From Malacoraja senta (lineage: Eukaryota), in the NCBI GenBank assembly GCA_038087875.1, contig JAXLNO010000245.1, positions 1-64,000 of the forward strand: 64,000 nt of DNA, given 5' to 3'. The notes under the pieces are model-generated. The model was given only the letters and a program-made list of their open reading frames with translations. It had not been told where the DNA came from and searched no databases. The position numbers and the translations under genes were made by a program. Below are positions 25,179 through 38,125 of the stretch, piece by piece (position 1 is the first letter of the stretch; every line of letters begins with the position of its first letter).

Positions 25179-28100
25179 GGGGGAGATAGAGAGGGGGAGA
25201 GAGAGAGAGAGCTAGCGAGAGATTAAAAGAGACAGGGAGAGAGAGATGGGGGAGAGAGAGGGGGTGAGAGAGATAGGAGAGCGATGGGGAGAGAGGGGGA
25301 TAGAGAGGGCGAGAGAGAGATAGGGGTGAGAGAGAGGGTGGAGAGAAAGTGGAGAGAGGGGGAGAGAGATGGAGAGAGAGCGAGATGGGGAGTGAGAAGT
25401 GGAGACATATAGAGGGGGGTGAGAGAGATGGGGAGAGGGAGATGGGGAGAGAGGGGGAGAGGGAAAGAAAGGGAGAGATAGGAGAGAGAGGGGGAGAGAG
25501 AGTGGGATGGAGAGGGGGAGAGTGAGGGGAGAGAAAGAAAGGAGAGAGAGAGGGGACAGAGAGAGATGGGAGAGAGGGGGAGAGAGGGCGAGGGAGAGAG
25601 AGATAGATGTGAGATAGATGGGGGGAGAGAGAGGAGAGAGAGAGAGAGGGGGAGAGAGATAGGTGAAAGAGGGGGGAGAGAGAGGGGGGAGAGAGAGGGG
25701 GAGAGAGAGAGGGGGAGAGAGAGAGTGGGAGAGAGAGAGGGGAGAGAGGGGGGAGATAGAGGGAGCGAATGCGGGAGAGAGGGAGGAGAGAGAACGGGGA
25801 GAGAGAGTGGAGTGAGAGAGAGGCGGTGATATATGGGAGAGAGGAGGAGAGAGAGGAGAGAGACTAGGAGAGAGAGAGGGAGAGACGGAGGGGGGAGAGA
25901 GGGGAGAGAGAGAGAGAGGGGGAGAGAGAGACAGGAGAGGAGTAGAGAGAGAGGGGAGAGAGAATGGTGGGAGAGGGGGACAGAGAGATGGCAAGAGATT
26001 GAAAGTGAGAAGGAGAGAGTGAAGGGCAGAATAAAGGGAAGAGATAAGACTTTGCCTTCCATCACAGTGAGGAGGTGTTGGAGACTCACTGTGATGGATG
26101 TTTATGTAAACTGTGTTAAGTTTGGGTCTTGGTTTTTTTTGTAATGTAAGACTGTAGTAAATGATATTTCGTTCAAGCCTAGGTTTGAATGACAATAAAT
26201 AGCATTCTAATAAATAGCATTCTATTTTGATGGGAGAGAGAGGGGGGAGAGAGATAGTGGAGAAAGTTAGAGAGAGAGCGGAGAGAGAGAGGGGGGTAGA
26301 GAGGGGAAGAAATGGAGAGAGCTGAGGAGTGATAGGGGAGAGAGAGAGAAGGGGTAAGAGGGAGAGGGGGTGGGGGAGGGGAGAGGAGAGAGGGGGGGAG
26401 AGAGAGGGGGAGAGAGTGAGGGATTGAGAGAGGGGAGAGACGGAGGGGGAGAGAGAGGAAAGTGAGAGAGAGGGGGAGAGGGGGGGAGGTGGATAGAGAT
26501 GAGGAGAGAGAGAGACGGGAGAGAGAGACGGAGAGTGAGAGACAGGGAGAGAGGGGTAGAGAGGGGAGAGAGACGGGGAGATAGAGAGACAGGAGAGAGG
26601 GGTAGAGAGAGGGGAGAGACAGAAAGGGGGAGAGAAAGGGGGGAGAGACAGAGAGTGGTGGGAGAGAGGGAGAGGGGGAGAGAGACGGAGGGGGGAGAGA
26701 GGGGAGAGAGAGAGAGAGGGGGAGAGAGAGACAGGAGAGGAGTAGAGAGAGAGGGGAGAGAGAATGGTGGGAGAGGGGGACAGAGAGATGGCAAGAGATT
26801 GAAAGTGAGAAGGAGAGAGTGAAGGGCAGAATAAAGGGAAGAGATAAGACTTTGCCTTCCATCACAGTGAGGAGGTGTTGGAGACTCACTGTGATGGATG
26901 TTTATGTAAACTGTGTTAAGTTTGGGTCTTGGTTTTTTTTGTAATGTAAGACTGTAGTAAATGATATTTCGTTCAAGCCTAGGTTTGAATGACAATAAAT
27001 AGCATTCTAATAAATAGCATTCTATTTTGATGGGAGAGAGAGGGGGGAGAGAGATAGTGGAGAAAGTTAGAGAGAGAGCGGAGAGAGAGAGGGGGGTAGA
27101 GAGGGGAAGAAATGGAGAGAGCTGAGGAGTGATAGGGGAGAGAGAGAGAAGGGGTAAGAGGGAGAGGGGGTGGGGGAGGGGAGAGGAGAGAGGGGGGGAG
27201 AGAGAGGGGGAGAGAGTGAGGGATTGAGAGAGGGGAGAGACGGAGGGGGAGAGAGAGGAAAGTGAGAGAGAGGGGGAGAGGGGGGGAGGTGGATAGAGAT
27301 GAGGAGAGAGAGAGACGGGAGAGAGAGACGGAGAGTGAGAGACAGGGAGAGAGGGGTAGAGAGGGGAGAGAGACGGGGAGATAGAGAGACAGGAGAGAGG
27401 GGTAGAGAGAGGGGAGAGACAGAAAGGGGGAGAGAAAGGGGGGAGAGACAGAGAGTGGTGGGAGAGAGGGAGAGGGGGAGAGAGAGAGTGGGAGATAGAG
27501 AGGGGAGAGAGAGAGACGGAGGGAGAGTGGGGAGAGGGAGGGAAGAGAGAGAGGGGAGAGAGGGAGAGAGAGTGGGAGAGAGAGAAAAGAGAGAGGGGGC
27601 AGATAGTGAGAGGGGCAGAGACAGAGGTGGAGAGGGGGAGAGAGAGAGGGAGGGAGAGAGAGAGATAGAGAGAGAGCTAGGGAGAGATTTAAAGAGAGAG
27701 GGAGAGAGAGAGATGGGGGATCGAGAGGGGGTGAGAGAGATAGGGGAGAGAGAGATGGGGAGAGGGGAGAGGTGGAGAGAGATGCGGAGAGAGAGAGACG
27801 GGAGAGAGAGACGGAGAGAGAGAGAGACGGAGAGAGAGAGATGGGGAGAGAGTAGGGGGAGATATATAGAGAGGGGAGAGAGAGAGATAAATGGGTGAGA
27901 GCGGGGGAGAGAGAGAGGCGGCGAGAGAGACACAGGAAGAGAGAGAGGGGAGAGGGAGGGGACAGAGAGGGGGAGTGAGAGAGGAGATAGAGAGGGGAGA
28001 GAGGGAGACAGAGAGAGGGGGGAGCGAGGGGAAGGAAGAGAGGGGGAGAGAGAAGGGGAGAGAGGGGTAGAGAGAGAGGGGAAGAGAGAGAGGGGGACAG

Positions 28101-28770
28101 AGAGAGAGGGGGGGAGTGAGGGGTAGGGAGAGGCGATAGGGAGAGGGGGAGAGAGATAGAGCGGGGAAGGCAGATGGGGTGAGAGGTGGAGAGGGGAGAG
28201 AGAGGGGAAGAGAGAGGGGGAGAGAGGGGGAGAGAAAGGGGGAGAGAGAGAGTGGGGAGAGAGAGTGAGAGGGAGAGGGGAGAGAGAGGGAGAGAGAGTG
28301 AGGGGGAGAGGGGAGGAGAGGGAGAGAGAGTGAGGGGGAGAGGGGAGAGAGAGGGAGAGAGAGTGAGGGGGAGAGGGGAGAGAGAGGGAGAGAGAGGGGG
28401 GCAGATAGAGAAGGGGAGAGAGAGGGGGAGTGAGAAAGAGAGGGCGAGAGGATAGAGTGCCGGGTGAGGGAGAGGGGGGGAGCAGAGAGAGAGAGAGGGG
28501 AGGGAGAGTGGGTGGGAGAAGGGTGGACAGAGGGGAAGAGAGAGGGGGAGAGAGAGATGGAGAGATAGCGAGAGATGGGGAGAGATATGGAGAGTGGGGG
28601 AGGGGGAGAGAGAGAAATAGATAGAGAGAGAGAGAGAGGGAAAATATAGACGGAGAATGCTAGACAGAGAGTGAGAGAGAGAGTGAGGGGGAGAGATAGA
28701 GGGAGGGACAGTGAGGGAGAACGAGATAGATAGATAGAGAGAGACAGAGAGAGACAAAGGGGGGGACAGA
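25179..28770. repeat. 3.6-kb GA-rich polypurine tract containing an 800-bp tandem duplication
   Basis: The + strand is almost purely G/A. 25881-26685 repeats at 26681-27485. Confidence 0.95.
26045..26228 (+). mobile_element. Probable LINE/SINE 3' tail with 14-bp hairpin (duplicate at 26845-27028)
   Basis: tccatcacagtgag / ctcactgtgatgga stem, then aataaatagcattct twice. Confidence 0.5.
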
Positions 28771-28890
28771 GGAGCCGCCGCCATCTTGGTTCCTGGGTCC
28801 CTGCGCCGTGACATCATCGCGTCGACCTCCGCCCATAGTTTGCCGCCTGCGTGACGTCAGCGCAATGCCCCCTGGGAATTGTAGTCTTCC
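28770..28890 (-). promoter_or_regulatory. CpG-rich housekeeping-type Pol II promoter
   Basis: On the minus strand: GACTACAATTCCCAGGGGGCATTGCG (ACTACA + ZNF143/Staf site, 28886-28861), TGACGTCA (28852-28859), GGGCGGAGG (28834-28826), TGATGTCA (28816-28809), CAAGATGGCGGC (YY1/Kozak, 28788-28777). Confidence 0.75.
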
Positions 28891-29039
28891 CTGTGACAAT
28901 GAACCAGTTCCCCCCCCCTCATCATTGAAGAAGTTTCCAATACGTCACTATCCCTTGTTCTCCACAGATACAGCCCAGTCCCGCTGAGTTGCTCCAGCAT
29001 TTTACACAATAGACCACAGGTGGAGGAGGAGGAGGAGGA

Positions 29040-29780
29040 GAACATTCGGCCCTTCCAGCCAGCACCGCCATTCAATGTGATCATGGCTGATCATCCCCAA
29101 TCAGTACCCCGTTCCTGCCTTCTCCCCATATCCCTGACTCCGCTATTTTTAAGAACCCTATCTAGCTCTCTCTTGAAAGCAACCAGAAAACCGGCCTCCA
29201 CCGCCCTCTGAGGCAGAGAATTCCACAGACTCACCACTCTCTGTGAGAAAAAGTGTTTCCACATCTCCGTTCTCAATGGCTTACTCCATAAACTGTGGCC
29301 CCTGGTTCTGGTTTCACCATGTTTCCTGCATCTAGCCTGTCCAACCCCTAAAGAATTTTGCAATTTTTATAAGATTCCACTTCAATCATCTAAATTCTAG
29401 CGAGTACAAGCCGAGTCTATCCAGTCTATCCAGTCTTTCTTCATATGAAAGTCCTGCCATCCCAGGAATCAGTCTGGTGAACCTTCTCTGTACTCCCTCT
29501 ACGGCAAGAATGTCTTTCCTCAGATTAGGAGACCAAATCTGTACGCAATACTCCAGGTGTGGTCTCACCAAGACCCTGTACAACTGCAGCAGAACTTCCC
29601 TGCTCTTATACTCAAATCCTTTTGCTATGAATGCTAACATACCATTCGCTTTCTTCACTGCCTGCTGCACCTGCATGCCTACTTTCAATGACTGGTGTAC
29701 CCAGGTCTCGTTGCATCTCCCGTTTTCCTAATCGGCCACCATTCAAATAATAGTCTACTTTCCTGTTTTTGCCACCAAAG
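29040..29780 (-). mobile_element. CR1 3' fragment
   Basis: [40 protein letters not shown]. Confidence 0.85.
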
Positions 29781-30459
29781 ACTTCACTGCTCCTCCAAGT
29801 GTAGAACTCGCTCTCCTCAGTTGTACTTCAAATATCTGCCAGGCCCTTTTGTATAGTTCTGGTCATCAGATTATGGAAATGATGTCCTATTGCCAGAGGC
29901 AGTGCGGAACAGATTCACCAGGATGTTATCTGGAATGGACAGCGTTAGTTTAGAAGACAGATTCGATCGGGTGGGATTGGTCTCTTTGGAGCAAGAATAC
30001 TGAGGGGCGACCTTACAGAGGCTTGTGAAATGATGTCAACTACAGCAGGATTGAGTAGATGGTGACAGTTATTTCCCAGGCTGGGAGAATCTAAACCCAC
30101 ACAACTACAGTTTATTGGAAAGGGGAAAGATTTAAGGGAAGACTGATGGGCAGGCAGGTATTCCACACCAAAGGTGGAGCAATCTCTTCATAAGTGGTGG
30201 TGGGGGCAGATACCGTCACAGCAAATAAACAGCATTTGGACAGCCGTTTGTCTCGGATAGGAATGGAGGGATATGAGACAAATACACGTGAATGAGATCA
30301 CTTGTAATCTCATTCACATCATAGGCATCTCGATCTGCATGGATGAATCGGGCTGAAGGGCCTGTTTCCCTGTTGTTCTCATGAACATTTGCACAGCACT
30401 GGAATCACCGGTTCCGTTATCACTCATGTGATCTGTCATCGACCTGCCCGCCAGCCCAG

Positions 30460-31975
30460 TTGTAATTCCTTCGTCTAAATCGTCAATAAATATTATAAGT
30501 ATCTGGGGTCCCAGCACTAAGTCTTCCGGCACCCCACTAGTTCCTGCCTGCCATTCTGAAAAGGACCAGTTCATTCCTACTCTTTCCTTCCTGTCTGCCA
30601 ATCAGTTTTGTATCCATGTCAATACCCTTGTCCCAATACCATGTGTTCTAGTTTTGCACACTAATCTCTTTTGTGGGACCTTGTCAAAGGCTTTTTGAAA
30701 GTCTAGATCCACCACATCCACTGGCTCTCCCTTATCCATTCTACTTGTTACATCCTCAATAAATTCCAGAAGATTAGTCAAGCATGAATTCCCCTTCATA
30801 AATCCATGCTGACTTTGACCGATCCTATTACTACATTCCAAATGTTGTTACATCCTTAACAATCGACTGAGGCATCTTCCGCACTACCAACGTCAGGCTA
30901 ACTGGTCTATAATTCCGTTTTCTCTTACCCTCCTTTCTTAAAAAGTGGGCTTACATTCGCTACCCTCCTGTCCACCGCAACTGATCCAGAGTCTACAGAA
31001 CATTGGAAAATAACCACTGATGCATCCACGATTTCGCGGACCACTCCTTGAGTACTCTGGGATGCAGACCATCAGGCCCTGGGGATTTATCTGCCTTCAG
31101 TCTCAACAGTTTGCATAACACCATTTCCTGGTGGACTAATGTGGATTTTCTTCAGTCCCTCCTTCCCGGTAGATCCTTGGTCCCCTAGTTGTTATGGGAG
31201 ATTGCTTGTGTGTCCCTTGGTGAAGACAGAACTAAATGTACCTGTTTTACATCTGGGGTTGTGGAATACGAGGGAGGCTCTCAGTATACAATGGCATGTA
31301 GTTCAGGTTCAGAAATGAGGATAATTAATATGTTAATAATTCTGATACTAGATCGCAACTGAACCGCAACCATTCGGCCCTTTGACCCAGCACCGCCATT
31401 CAATGTGATCATGGCTGATCCTCCAAAATCATTCGACTGTTCTGGCTTTTCCCCCATATCCCTTGATTCCCTTAGCCCAAAGAGCAAAACGTAATTCTGT
31501 CTTGAAAACATTTGGTGAATTGGCCTCCACTGCCTTCTGTGGCAGAGAATTCCACACATTCACAACTCTCTGCGTGAAAAAGTTTATCCTCATCACTGTC
31601 CTAAATGGCTTACCCCTTATTCTTAAACTGTGACCCCTGGTTCTGGACTCCCCAAATATCGGAACATTTTTCCTGCATCTAGCCTGTCCAATCCTCTAAG
31701 AATTTTATATGTTTACAGTATAAGAGCCCCCCTCATCGTTCTAACCTCCAGCGAATGCAAGAACAGTCGACCCATTCTTTCATCATATGTCAGTCCCGCC
31801 ATCCCAGGAATTAACCTGTTAAAACCCACGCTGCACTCCCTCATTAGCAAGAATGTCCTTCCTCAAATTAGGAGACCAAAATTGCACACATTCTCCAGGT
31901 GCAGTCTCACCAGGCCCTGTACGACTGCAGTAGAACCTCCTTGCTCCTAAACTCAAATCCTCTCGCAATGAAGGC
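30460..31975 (-). mobile_element. CR1 fragments including the RT core
   Basis: SQHGFMKGNSCLTNLLEF..VDLDFQKAFDKVP and SGVPEDLVLGP, plus a separate 3' fragment at 31370-31975. Confidence 0.85.
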
Positions 31976-32510
31976 TTTATTCCTTAGTGAAGACAGAACT
32001 AAAGTACTTGTTTACGGGGGTTGTGGATATTACTAAAGCACGATAGATCGATTCTTGACTTCTACATGTATCAGAGGTTAAGGGGAGAAGGCTGGAGAAT
32101 GGGACAAGGATGGAGAGATAGATCAGCCATGATTGAATGGTGGAGTAGACTTGATGGGCTGAATGGCCTAATTCTACTGCTATCACTGATGACCTTATGA
32201 CATATCCTTCCTGTGCTCCATCCCGTTATTGGTCGTGATTCATCCCACCACAGTGTTGTCATTTGCAGACTTGTAGATGGAATTAGATCCACATTTGGCC
32301 TTGGTATCATGTGTATAGGGAGTGTATTAGAGGACTGAGAATGCATCCTTGCGGGGCACCGATGATTATTGCGGATGAGATGCTGTCACCTATCTTCACC
32401 GATTGGAAGGGTCAGAATGTTTTAGATCCAGTGGTAGAGGGTGGAGCTGATTCCTAGTTCCAGCAGCTTGGAGATCAGTTTGGATGGGATTATGGTGGCA
32501 GAGCTATTAC

Positions 32511-32944
32511 GGATAGATAGGATTCTAACGTGGGACAATTCCTAACGTACCAATTCTTGCTATTGAGGGAGTGCAGCGTAGGGTCACCAAGTTAATTCCC
32601 TGGATGGTGGGACTGACAAATGATGAAAGAATGGATCGACTGAGTTTATATTCACTGGAATTCAGATGAGAGGGGATCTTATGGAAACATGTAACATTGT
32701 TAAGGGATTGGACAGGCTTTGTTCCTGCATCTAGCCTGTCCAATCTCTTAAGAAGTGTATATGTTTCTATAAGATCCGCTCTCATCCGTATAAATTCCAG
32801 TGAACATAAACTCAGTCGATCCATTCTTTCATCATTTGTCAGTCCCACCATCCAGGGAATTAACCTGGTGAACCTACGCTGCACTCCCTCAATAGCAAGA
32901 ATTGGTACGTTAGGAATTGGCCTACATTAGACTCCTATCTATCC
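32511..32944. repeat. ~210-bp-arm foldback inverted duplication
   Basis: 32511-32718 is the reverse complement of 32733-32944 with some mismatches. Confidence 0.9.
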
Positions 32945-33539
32945 ACTATCTGACGTTGGGGGAGTCCAGAAGCAGTGGGGTCACAGTTTGAGAATAAATG
33001 ATAGGCCATTTAGGACAGAGAACATGCAAACCTTTATCACCCAGAGAGTTGTGAATCTGTGGAATTCTCTGCCACAGACGGCATATTTCACTGTCTGTTT
33101 TCAAGAGAGAGTTAGATATAGTTCTTAGGGCTAACGGAATCAAGGCATATGGGGAGAAAGTAGGAATGAGGTACTGATTGTGGATGATCAGCCATGATCA
33201 TTTTGCATGGCGGTGCAGGCTGGAAGGGCCAAATGGCCTACTCCTGCACCTATTTCCTATGTTTCTATGCCACCTTGTTGTTTATGTATTCCACAGATTA
33301 GTTTAGGGCCGGGAGATGGTCACTGCTGGAGACCGGCTGCGTTGATGAGCAAACTGTAATGGATCAAGGCTGGCTGGGATACTGGAGTTAATATGCTCCA
33401 ACACCAGTCTCTCAAAGCACTTCATGATGGTGGATGTCAGAGCCACTGCCCGGTGCTTATTACGGCACATACCTTACTTGTGAATGGTAGTTTAAATCAT
33501 GCTCCTCGTGAACTTGTACACCTCAATAAGGTCACACCT

Positions 33540-35800
33540 CATCCTCCCACTCTCCAAAGGAAAAGGCCCCAGATTATCCAACCTCTCCCCATATCAAGTC
33601 TGCCAGCCCAGGTAACATTCCTGGTGAATCTCGTTTTTAGCCTTTCCAATACAATGGCATCCTTCCTGTGGCTTGGTGACCAGAGTTGTGCACAGTACTC
33701 CAAGTGTGGTCTTACCAACGAGTTGTACAGATGTATCACGATGCCCCAGCCTTTGTGCTCAGTCCGCTTGCCCATGAAGGCAAGTGTATTCTTCACCACC
33801 CTGTCCACCTGACTCGCCACTTGTAGGGAACCTTGCACAGAGTCACATCGCACGGAAATAGACCCTTCAGCCCAACTTGCCCATTCTGACCAAGATGCCC
33901 CATCTACACTAGTCCCACCTGCCCGTGTTTGGCCCATGTCCCTCTCACACTCTCCTGTTCGTATCCTTGTCCAAATGTACTTCAACTGTTGATATGGTAC
34001 TTGCCTTAACTACCTCCTATGGCAGCTTGTTCCATCTTCCCACCACCCTCTGTCTGGTGGAGAAACCGGAGCACCCGGAGAAAACCCACACAGTCACGGC
34101 AAGAACATACAAACTCCACATAGACAGCACCCGAAGAGTGGATGGAACCGGGGTCAATGTGTAGTAATGGTAAACTACACCCTCAATAGAGATATCTATC
34201 TTTATTGGAATTAAATTTATGAACAAAGTATTATGAACATGTGCACCGGGATTCTGTCTGATGCAAACATATCGAGCGATGTCCCTTAAAACTTTTACAG
34301 TAACCAGGAGATACAAGAACTATAGATGCTGGTTCAAAATAAAGACACAGAGTGCTGGAGTATCTCAGCGCGTCAGGCAGCATCTCTGGAGAACATGGAT
34401 ATGTGGTGTCTTGGTTGGGACCCTTCTTCAAACTGATTGTGTTGGGGGGGGGGGATGAGAAAGGTGGAGACAGGGTCATGACAAACCTTGGTGAGTGGTG
34501 GGTGGATACAGGTGAAGGGGGTGTGGTTGATAAGCAGATGGTTAATGGTTAATGGGCATGGAGTCATACAGCATGGAAACAGGCCCTACGACCCAACTTG
34601 CCCACTCCAAACAACATGCTCCATCTACACTATGTCAACTGGCCCATTTCCCTCTACACCTATCCTATCCATGTACCTGCACAGATATATCTCATGTATA
34701 TTGATAGTACCTGCCTCAACTACCTCCTCTGGCAGTTCGTTCCATATACACAACGCCCTTTGTGTAAATAGTCACTCCTCATGTTCCTATTAAATATTTC
34801 CCCCCTCACCTGATACCCATGTCCCTGGTCTTGATTTCCCTAATCTGGGCAATAGACTGTATTTACCTGATCTGTTGCTCTCATGATGTTCTACATCTCT
34901 ATAAGATCACTCCTCACCCTCCAACGCTCCAATGAATAATGTCCTAGCCTGCCCAATCTCCCTCTATAGCTCAGGCCCTCGTGTCCTGGCAACAGCCTGG
35001 TAAAACTTATCTGCACCATTTCCAGCTTGACAACATATCTCCTATAACACGGTGATCAACACTGAACACAATACTCTAACTGTGTTCTCATCAACGTCTT
35101 ATACAACTGTAACATGACCTCCCAACTTCTACACAATACTCTGATGCAGGCCAATGTGCCAAATGCCTTTTTAATCACCATATCTACCCATCATGCCACT
35201 TGCAAGGAACTATGTAACTGCACTCGTAGATCCCTCTGCTCCACAGCACTTCCAAGAGCCCAACCATTCACTGTGTAGGTGCTGCCCTTATTAAACTTCA
35301 CAAAATGCAACACCTCACATTTCTCTGTATTAAACTCGATCAGACATTCCTCAGCCCACCTGCCCAACCGATCAAGATCTTGCTGCAATTTCTCACAAAC
35401 ATTTTCAGTATCTACAATACCACCCAGTTTAGTGTCAGCTGCAAATTTGTAGCTCATGCCTTGTACGTTCTCACCACTAGTCACAGGCCTCCCATCTGAA
35501 AAACAACCTTCCACCATCACCCTCTGCTTTCTTCCATGAAGCCAAGTTTCTATCCATTGAGCTATCTCACCTTGGATCCCTTGCAATCTTACCTTCCAGA
35601 TCAGCCTACCATGTGGATGCTTGTAAAATACCTTTGCTCCAATCCACATATACAACGTCGACAGCTCTGTCATCATCAACGTTTTTGGTCACATCTTCAA
35701 GAAGCTCAATCAGGTTGGTGAGACACGATCTCCCACGTACAAATCTGTGCTGACTATACCTAATCAGTCCTTGTCCATCTCAGTACATGTATATCTGATG
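33540..35800 (-). mobile_element. Old CR1 fragments with nested V-SINE/HE1-like piece (~34058-34160) and Penelope tail (~34310-34440)
   Basis: RPHLEYCAQLWSP and KFAADTKLGG remnants. ggagaaaccggagcacccggagaaaacccac is the antisense of a V-SINE-like core. Confidence 0.65.
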
Positions 35801-38125
35801 TCACCTTCCTGTCGTACAACTGTGCTCTATTGTACAACACTCTCAACGACTCTATCATTTACTGAGCTCTTGACATAGCAAAGCATCACCTGAGACTTGT
35901 CACAGTTCCTCTGCTGTTCCTCAGCTGGCTTTTGGGAAACCTACAGAATCCCATCAGATTGAATGCACCTTTCCTATTTAATGCTCTGCCCATGTACCGA
36001 GGTACAGTGTCAAGCTTTGTTTTGCATGCTATATATTCAGATAAGGATATACTGAACATAAACACAATCAAGTCAAACTGGAGTACAACAGATCGAGCAA
36101 AGTGCAAGATACAGAGTGTAGAATATATCTCCCAGCATTGTAACACATCAGTTCCAAAAACAAAGTCTATGATAACATTGAACATTCATGTGTACAGGTA
36201 CATGGATAGGACAGGTTTACAGGGATATGGGTCAAACACAGGCTGGTGGTATGAGTGTATGGGGCATGGGCATGGACAAGTTGGGCCAGAGGGCCTGTTT
36301 CCATGCTGTATGACTCTATGTCTGAAGCCCACACCCCCTGCACCAGCTCCTGAGTCACCTACTGATCTGCACTGTCTTCCTCTTTCTTGTGTCTTGAACA
36401 CGGGGCACAGGTAGTGCGATCCCGGCCATTGGGAATAGTTCAGATGAACTAAAGTCCACTATCCCTCTCTATGAAACACGGTAAACCTGTGTGTGAAGTT
36501 TGCGCCAGGTACAGCACTTACAAATAAACTGCTTTTAAACGGTGACCTGACAACTCTTTGGATATTTAGTCACCACTAAACTCTGGCCTTGAATCAGATG
36601 AATGAAACATCAACAGGTGTCCACATTTCTCAAAGGTACAAATTAAGAGGAAAACATCATAGAATTGCCTGTCCAAAACATTGGTCATTTTTAATAACTG
36701 TCCCTGCTGCTCATTGAAGTGTGGATTTCACTTTCTACTGGTACCAGCTTTACACTGCATGATGGGAGATATGCTCTCTTGAATTACTTGATAAACAAGC
36801 ACATCAATAAAGTATGTGTGTGTGTGTGGCAGCTTTCTCTGTACCGCTGTGTGGACAGCCAATGCAGAGGAGTTGATCATTTACACTCAGACCGACCTTG
36901 CTGCCTGATCCGTGGGTTTGAAGTCACATCTACCTGTCAACTGGTCTGAAGTTGTTTGCAACAAAATAAACTACAGATTGAACACAGCCTGGCCTTGTGT
37001 TCACCGGCTGGAAGTAATATTCCCACTGGACGAAGGATACAGCACCATTACTTAACTATCTCTTTCTCAGTTATGAAGCTACACTTTAATTTTCCACATT
37101 ATGTGTTTTTCTTTCCATTGTATCCCGGAGAGAGGCAATTAGTATTTCTAACCACTGTTAATTAAGATGAAAACAACAAGTTAATGCATCTTCACGTGCC
37201 GTGTTTACCAGCATGGATAGAGCAGCAAGATGGAGTTAGTGCTCATTACAGATGAGATTAAATATGGAAACTGAACTTCAGTTAACCCTTTCTAGTCAAA
37301 CATTTGAAATAACAACCAGTTGCCAGTTCCGTCGCATACTACCCAGATATATTTTCACCAGTGGCAACACTGACAACATTTGCCTTGTAGAAGATTGGAC
37401 ATGTTTGCAGGTTACCTATCCATGTGCGACCATTGGACAAACTGCTGTAATAATAATGTTAAAACGTGTGATTAACCGGGTTTGTCTTAAAATGAATCTG
37501 TTCTACGATCCCAGCGCAGAGATCCATGGCCAAGTGAGGAATATCTTACTGCACTATCTGTACAAACACACACACACCCTCCAGTTATAGAGTCATAGAG
37601 ACATAGAGTCTCACAGCATCTTCAGCCCAGCCTGCCTGCCTGCCCACACCAGCCAACATGTCCCATCCCCATATTCCTATAAATGGCCTGTCGGTCTGTC
37701 TGTCCATGCACCTGTCTAAATTTTCCTTAAAGTTTGCCATAGTACTTTTTAGTTCGTACCTTTATATAGTTACAAGGAGAGATAGCTGAATGGATTGAAA
37801 TTTGGCTTCAGGGAAGGAAGCAGAGGGTGATGGTGGAAGGAAGGTTGCTTCTCAGACTGGAGGCCTGTGACTAGTGGTGTGCCTCAGTGTTCAGTGCTGG
37901 GCCCGTTACTGTTTGTCATCTACATCAATGATTTGGATGAGAACTTACAGAGCAAGTTTAGCAAGTTTGCAGATGATACAAAAGTGGGTGGTTTTGCAGA
38001 TAGTGAAGATGGTTGTGATTAATTGCAGTAGGATCTTGAACGAATGGCCAAGTGTGCTGGGGAATGGTTGGGGGAATTTAATGCAGAGAATTGTGAGGTA
38101 TTGCATTTTGGGAAGTCTAACATGG

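Noticed and set aside
26058..26098. Inverted CACAGTG heptamers resembling V(D)J signals
   Set aside because: No nonamer at 12 or 23 bp spacing and no V or J segments. It is a hairpin in a probable retroelement tail.
22208..28817. Long His/Thr, Cys/Val, Ser/Leu/Pro and Arg/Glu ORFs
   Set aside because: Translations of stop-free TG and GA simple repeats.
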